From: Catajapyx aquilonaris
Taxonomy: Eukaryota
Length of the DNA: 64,000 nt
NCBI GenBank assembly: GCA_000934665.2
Contig: JYFJ02000541.1
Coordinates: 1 to 64,000 of the forward strand
Direction: 5' to 3'
Shown: in pieces, positions 59,101 through 64,000 of the stretch
How positions within the stretch are numbered: the stretch's first letter is position 1
How the letters are laid out: every line of letters begins with the position of its first letter
Program-made: the position numbers and the translations under genes
Notes under the pieces: generated by a model
Told to the model about the DNA's origin: nothing
Seen by the model: only the letters and a program-made list of their open reading frames with translations
The model's database searches: none

Positions 59101-62039
59101 GCTTTTTCGTTGTCACGAGGACAAGGGGCTGATTGAATTGTGCAGGTCTGGAACAATGGTTCTGAACGGTACCTGGTTGTCTCTTAAACGATTTGGGGAC
59201 ATTCTGTGGAGGACGTTGGGGGTAGTTCGCGGTAATGGGACGCTTGGGTGGAGCCTGGTCGTGTTTTGGAAGTCTGTGATGATTGTGATTTGCCATCTGG
59301 CTCGGTTCCTTGATTCTAATTGCTTACGTGTGGAAAGGAAAACGAATTTAGAACGTGTTTTTTTTTTGTTGTCCAGGAAAACATGAAGCAATATTTGAGA
59401 AGGCGCGTCCTCTGGAAATAGCCGTGTTCGGACATGAAAATTCAACGTATAGGCCGGTCATTGACTTTACAGAGTGGTGTTCAATGTTGACAAGTTCCGA
59501 TAGTACAGATGGATCGTGCCCATATAATTTAAATTTGATATCAAAACTGTACATCAGGGCCATACTACATGAATAAATTACATACCTGAGTCATCAACAT
59601 TCGCCAATGCATTGTCGCAATGTAACATAAACACATTATGAAGTTTCTCCGTTCCCAGTTTTTGTTAGTGTAGAAACAAGGCCTTTTGAAAATTGTCGTG
59701 CTTTGTTGAACACGCCTGCGAATTTACCCCACTCAGTAACGGTAGCCTATGTGTTTAACCCTGCCTGGCCCGTCACATGTACACCGCCTAATTGGTTGTG
59801 TATATTTGCGTCTGTTTGGCATTCGGCACCAAAAAAAGGTGTTTGTAAAGGCGTGAAGAAGACGGAAGGCGACGTAACCCTATAGCAACATTTTCCTCCA
59901 CCCCCTATTCAGGTTCCCGTTGCCGGTTCGCAAAGTGCATTAATTCTGTATGCCTCATCAACCACCTGTAGAGCAAATCTGAAGTTGTCGTCGGAGACAT
60001 CATCATCATCATCTCGGCAAGGTATCAATCATGGTCCTCGCAGATGAACAGGTGCAAATCTGCAATTGAGGCCCAAGGAGATTGCAATAGTCGTCACCGT
60101 TAGCTGCACAGCTGTCGCAGAATTCCAAATCACAGAGGACCTCCTCCCAACTTGCAACATACAAAAAAAAATTCGTAATAATCGGAAGTGGTCTTTCAAC
60201 TTGTAATAGAACCTGTGCTGACAACCGGATCGGAATAGTTTCCAAGCCGTCTCGATCACATAGGCATTATCACGGTTTTCAACAGTGTGTTTGTCCTCAG
60301 GACAGAGGTTAGCGGAGCAAGCGGGCACTTCAGGGTGTGCAGGGCCATTTTGTATTCATTTTACCGGCTTTTCAGGTTCGGTAAACTGTCAGGCAGGCGC
60401 ATACATTGGTGGAAAAAAAAAAATTGCGAGAACTAAGAGGTGTGGTAGATCCGCGAATAGTCACCACATCGATTTCGATGTTTATCATATTTTTGTAGCC
60501 ATTATCAGTGTCAGTGGACCGACGCCGAAATTGGCATGGTTGGGGAAATTGCTGAAGTCGGATTTTGGACTTCTTTTTTTTTCGACTAGCTTCTGCCCCT
60601 TTTTCTACGCCTTGCCTTTTTCCAAAGGACCTGGAGGATTGCCGCATGAAAGTGGAACCCACACCGCTTCGTGATGTAGCTCAATAAGCATGGAGTTGGG
60701 CCAGTTTTTCCCCTGTTGTACCAGAGGGGGGGATATAATTGTCATTCCGAATGAGATATGGGATACCTGCTTCCAGGCGACATATCTTTGGTTAGGCCTT
60801 CAGGTAGGTCCAGTTCTAATTAATGGACTGGGATGATGAAATGCTGGTGGCGTAATATTGGTAGAGGAAAAAAAAGGCTATCAGCACGATTGTGGGATTC
60901 ACCCTACGCTATGGGAAGGGCAGGGAATTTCGTGAAATTTTCATTGAAGGGTTACAATAGGGGTAAAGTCACCAGTCATCTTCTGGGGTTCTCGTCCGGG
61001 AATGACGGGGTGAAACGCGAGGGAGATACACAAGTGTTCTTTTGGTTCGGAAAAAAAATCTTTACGGCATACAAGGTGCTTGTCAAGTTGCGTGGCAAGG
61101 TTGGAATTTGCCTCGCAATCTCGAGGGCAGTTTCCTGTTTAGCCTTCTCGTGTTATAGGCTGTTACGAGTGACGGGGAGGGCCTATCATTCAACCTGTTT
61201 GAGGTGCTATAACTATGGTAAAGGGCGTGTAACTTTGATTTATGAGGAAGTGGGGGCTTGCCAGAGTTGGAAAGAATTTCTGACGTCACTTTAGGATTCA
61301 GCTGGAACTGAGAAAAATGCAGAAGACCGTCAGGAGCTGACAATGTGCACGATTTCCAAAGAAATGAGAGGCAAATTAGATTCCTGTTATGTAACTTGAT
61401 GGACACCCTGTATAGAAGAGGAGTAGTATCATCGTGGGAATTGGCCAGTGTCATGAGCCTGCCAGACCAGTTGATCTGGTTCGGGTGCGTAAGCCTAATT
61501 ATTTGGATTAGCAGCAATGTTGATAGGTATGCAGTAGGAACTTCCCATGTGGGAAAGATTTGTAGCGCTCGACTATTAATATCGAATTATAACAGTAGGC
61601 TGAGATAAAATTAAACCGGGTCATTAGGCTGCCTTACAAGGAAAACAACATGTCGCCTATGGCATATTTGTTGAATTATTTCCTTAATTATTTTTTAAAA
61701 TTATTTTTCTGTTTAACTCGAGTGATTCCAATTTTTTGGATCTTTGTCAGAAACTCGTTGGCTGCTTTCTAGGTGGCGTCTCGCTTTAAACGCCATCTCT
61801 GATCCGAGTCTTTCAATCACAATTTGTGAACTGACCTGCAGACAAAGTCCCTCTCCAGTAGGCACATCTCCATGCAGGCCGATCGAGAAGTCACGCGCTT
61901 CTTCTTTCTTGCGAAACCAACCAGCTGGAATCCGGACACGCGCTCGAAGCTCCATCCCCGGTCGCAGGGCTTGGCATCTCGAAGACACGTCTTCTGGAGG
62001 TACATGGTGAACACGGGGTCCTGGGAGGTGGTGAGGAAG
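56195..62039 (-). CDS. PAN/Apple + zona pellucida (ZP) domain transmembrane protein (neyo/nyobe/morpheyus-like apical matrix protein); 5' exons not found in the window
   Basis: Exons ~61836-62039 (PCDRGWSFERVSG...CMEMCLLERDFVCR), ~58108-58306, ~57091-57705 (CRELCLRAPYRCHSFDY..., ZP-N YNVSIDCRAGDM...LAVSCQYDL), ~56799-57014, ~56505-56738 (FPTSEIVQFRALVTPCLPSCPPVNC, furin site YGRRRRR) and 56195-56446 (TM ILVLVATGAAFLAAQVAILATWAFFW, tail, TAG). Confidence 0.92.
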
Positions 62040-64000
62040 TCTGAAAAAGGCAGCAAAGTGTGAGATCCCACTCGCTCGGCTGTACGGCACAATGAGGAAC
62101 ATTATTCATGGGAAGGCCATTGTGGAAAATGCGTGGGGAAAAATTTGCTGTACTGGTTAAACTGGCTGGACGTTTAAGTTGAACGGAAAAAAAAAAATGT
62201 ATTGGTGTTGGGTATAGGGAACGAGTTCAATGACGTGATGGATTGATTTGAGTGGTAAATGCCGGAAAGTACAAGGTGGAGGTGCAAGGAAGCCATTTAG
62301 TTGGGTTGTCACACTTGCAAAATGAATGGTTCGCTTGTGTTTTATGTAATTGGTTAGTGGTGTCTTGGACGGAAGCATAATTCATAGCCGGCGGCATATC
62401 TACCTATTGCGTATTGTACTGTGACTGCACCGGGATCGGCTTGAGTTGTAGGCTATAAATTGCATACTGCGAATTCCGCTATATATGACAATAGGCGTTA
62501 CCGAGAGGACACATGAAGAGTGACGTTGTAGGAAGTTTCGAAAACCGTAAACTGATACTTAAATATGCATCAGTTGAGATATTCGAGTTCGCTGTCAGGT
62601 ATTTTGTTCCTGTGGCGAGGATTGGCGACGGGACGACCCAAATTGGACATGGTTGCTTTTGACAGGCATCATATTTTTTTTTGTTTGTGGCACACAGCGC
62701 ACGTGGTGTGTGACACCTTGCGAATAACGCCATTTTTTCCTCCATACCACACAAGGGACCGTTCCGCAAGTGCGAGTCTTCAAACTTGGTAGTTCAGTAG
62801 ATCACCTTACCATAGTTATTTTTACCAAATTCTGTGTAAAGTTTCGAACAAGGTATATGATTTCAAAGTTTTAACATGCACTGTGACCTACTGATACGCA
62901 CGTGCGAAAGTCCCGTTCCTCAGTGTGAGACAGCGATACATCGGAAGTTGCAAGTGCGTGAACATTCATCCCTACTACTGAACCCTGCAACGGTCAGTGC
63001 TCATCACCCGAAAAACCTTCCTGGTAATCATCCAACCTGCCCTTCCGCCTTATGCTGGGGGGGCCATTAAACCATCTTGTTTTTTTTTTATTCTCATTTT
63101 TCCGGAAGCGATTGAAGGGCTCGGAGCGAATTATTTTCTCCAACTCGTTTATATATCTCGCAGCGACCATATTGCTGGTCCACCGGTGCTGGTCATCAGG
63201 GCAATTGACCAGGACATCAGACCTGGTGTACGTCCGGGGTCTTCGCCCCAGCGCACCGCCCTCGGTGCATTTCCGCAACTGCCCAGGGGGTGTAATTAGA
63301 TAGTCCGTTTTTGCGATATTCTTTCTGGCAGTTGGGCGAGCGGGTCATGGACCTGGCAGCGTGTATTTTTAATGCGGGATTCCTAATTAAAGCGGGTAAA
63401 ACATGGAGCGCGTTTTTGGTGCGCAATCATGTCGACACGAATACCTACAGAGTCTATTATGTCGTCACGAAAGCGCGCCATATTAATAACCCAATTAAGA
63501 GTGTGCGAATGAAAATGTACGCAATTAGTCTGATGCTTTTTTGGAGAGGGAAATATAGCACTTACACTGCAATTTTTTGGGTAAAAAGGCTGGTGTTATG
63601 ACTAAGGGGCATTCAACCCTAGTTCTTGCACAGAGCAAAGAGAGGTGTTAATTAAAATATTTTCTCCAAAAAGCGGAAGGAGCTGGGGAGCTACGACCAG
63701 GAGCTATTAAGGCAATTTGTGCAGAAATTAATAGCAGCTTCCGTCAAGACGACAGTCGTTTTTTTGTGTGCACATTTTGGCACAAACGAGCGAGGCCAGA
63801 AAAATACGCGATTTATGGGACAACAGTGCATTTTTTGGGGTCCACGACCTAATAAAGAAGGCTGGAGCAAGGAGGAAAAAAACAATCGGCGGAATTTAAA
63901 TCGCCCCCTTGTTTGTCAGCGCTCAATGGCGTTTTATATCCATTACGATAGATATAAAGGTAATTTAGGGCGACTGAAAATGGGTGGGATGAAACGTACT

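Noticed and set aside
63130..63300. Plus-strand acceptor followed by a cadherin-like VLVIRAIDQD peptide
   Set aside because: Isolated short match with no other cadherin motifs and no partner exons; probably chance.

Overview
Eukaryotic, intron-rich genomic DNA, most likely an arthropod (inferred from many ~55-70 nt GT-AG introns, an insect-type GMC oxidoreductase pair and a PAN-ZP cuticle-matrix gene). Nine spliced genes can be reconstructed by hand, eight complete and one 3'-incomplete: an orphan gene (-, 3083-5215), a divergent class A GPCR (+, 6895-8280), two tandem glucose-dehydrogenase-like GMC oxidoreductases (-, 9080-12230 and 13119-15351), two tandem ABHD1/2/3-type lipases (+, 19413-22544 and 25863-27547), a MOV10/Armitage-type SF1 RNA helicase (+, 30494-34689), Golgin-45/BLZF1 (-, 34887-36695) and the 5' part of ATG16 (+, from 37097). 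A tenth gene, a 5'-incomplete PAN/Apple-ZP transmembrane protein (-, 56195-62039), appears to lie antisense inside an ATG16 intron of at least 19.5 kb. Non-coding DNA holds two tRNA-derived SINEs, several MITEs (piggyBac-, Tc1/pogo-, Harbinger- and hAT-like), small palindromes and a (TAT)n microsatellite. The most notable points are the nested ZP gene, a candidate ATG16 terminal exon that would give a WD40-less isoform, the orphan gene, and a CpG-poor/CpG-rich boundary. I see no clearly novel multi-gene system. Exon boundaries were read by eye and may be off by a few bases; family calls rest on recalled motifs, not database searches.
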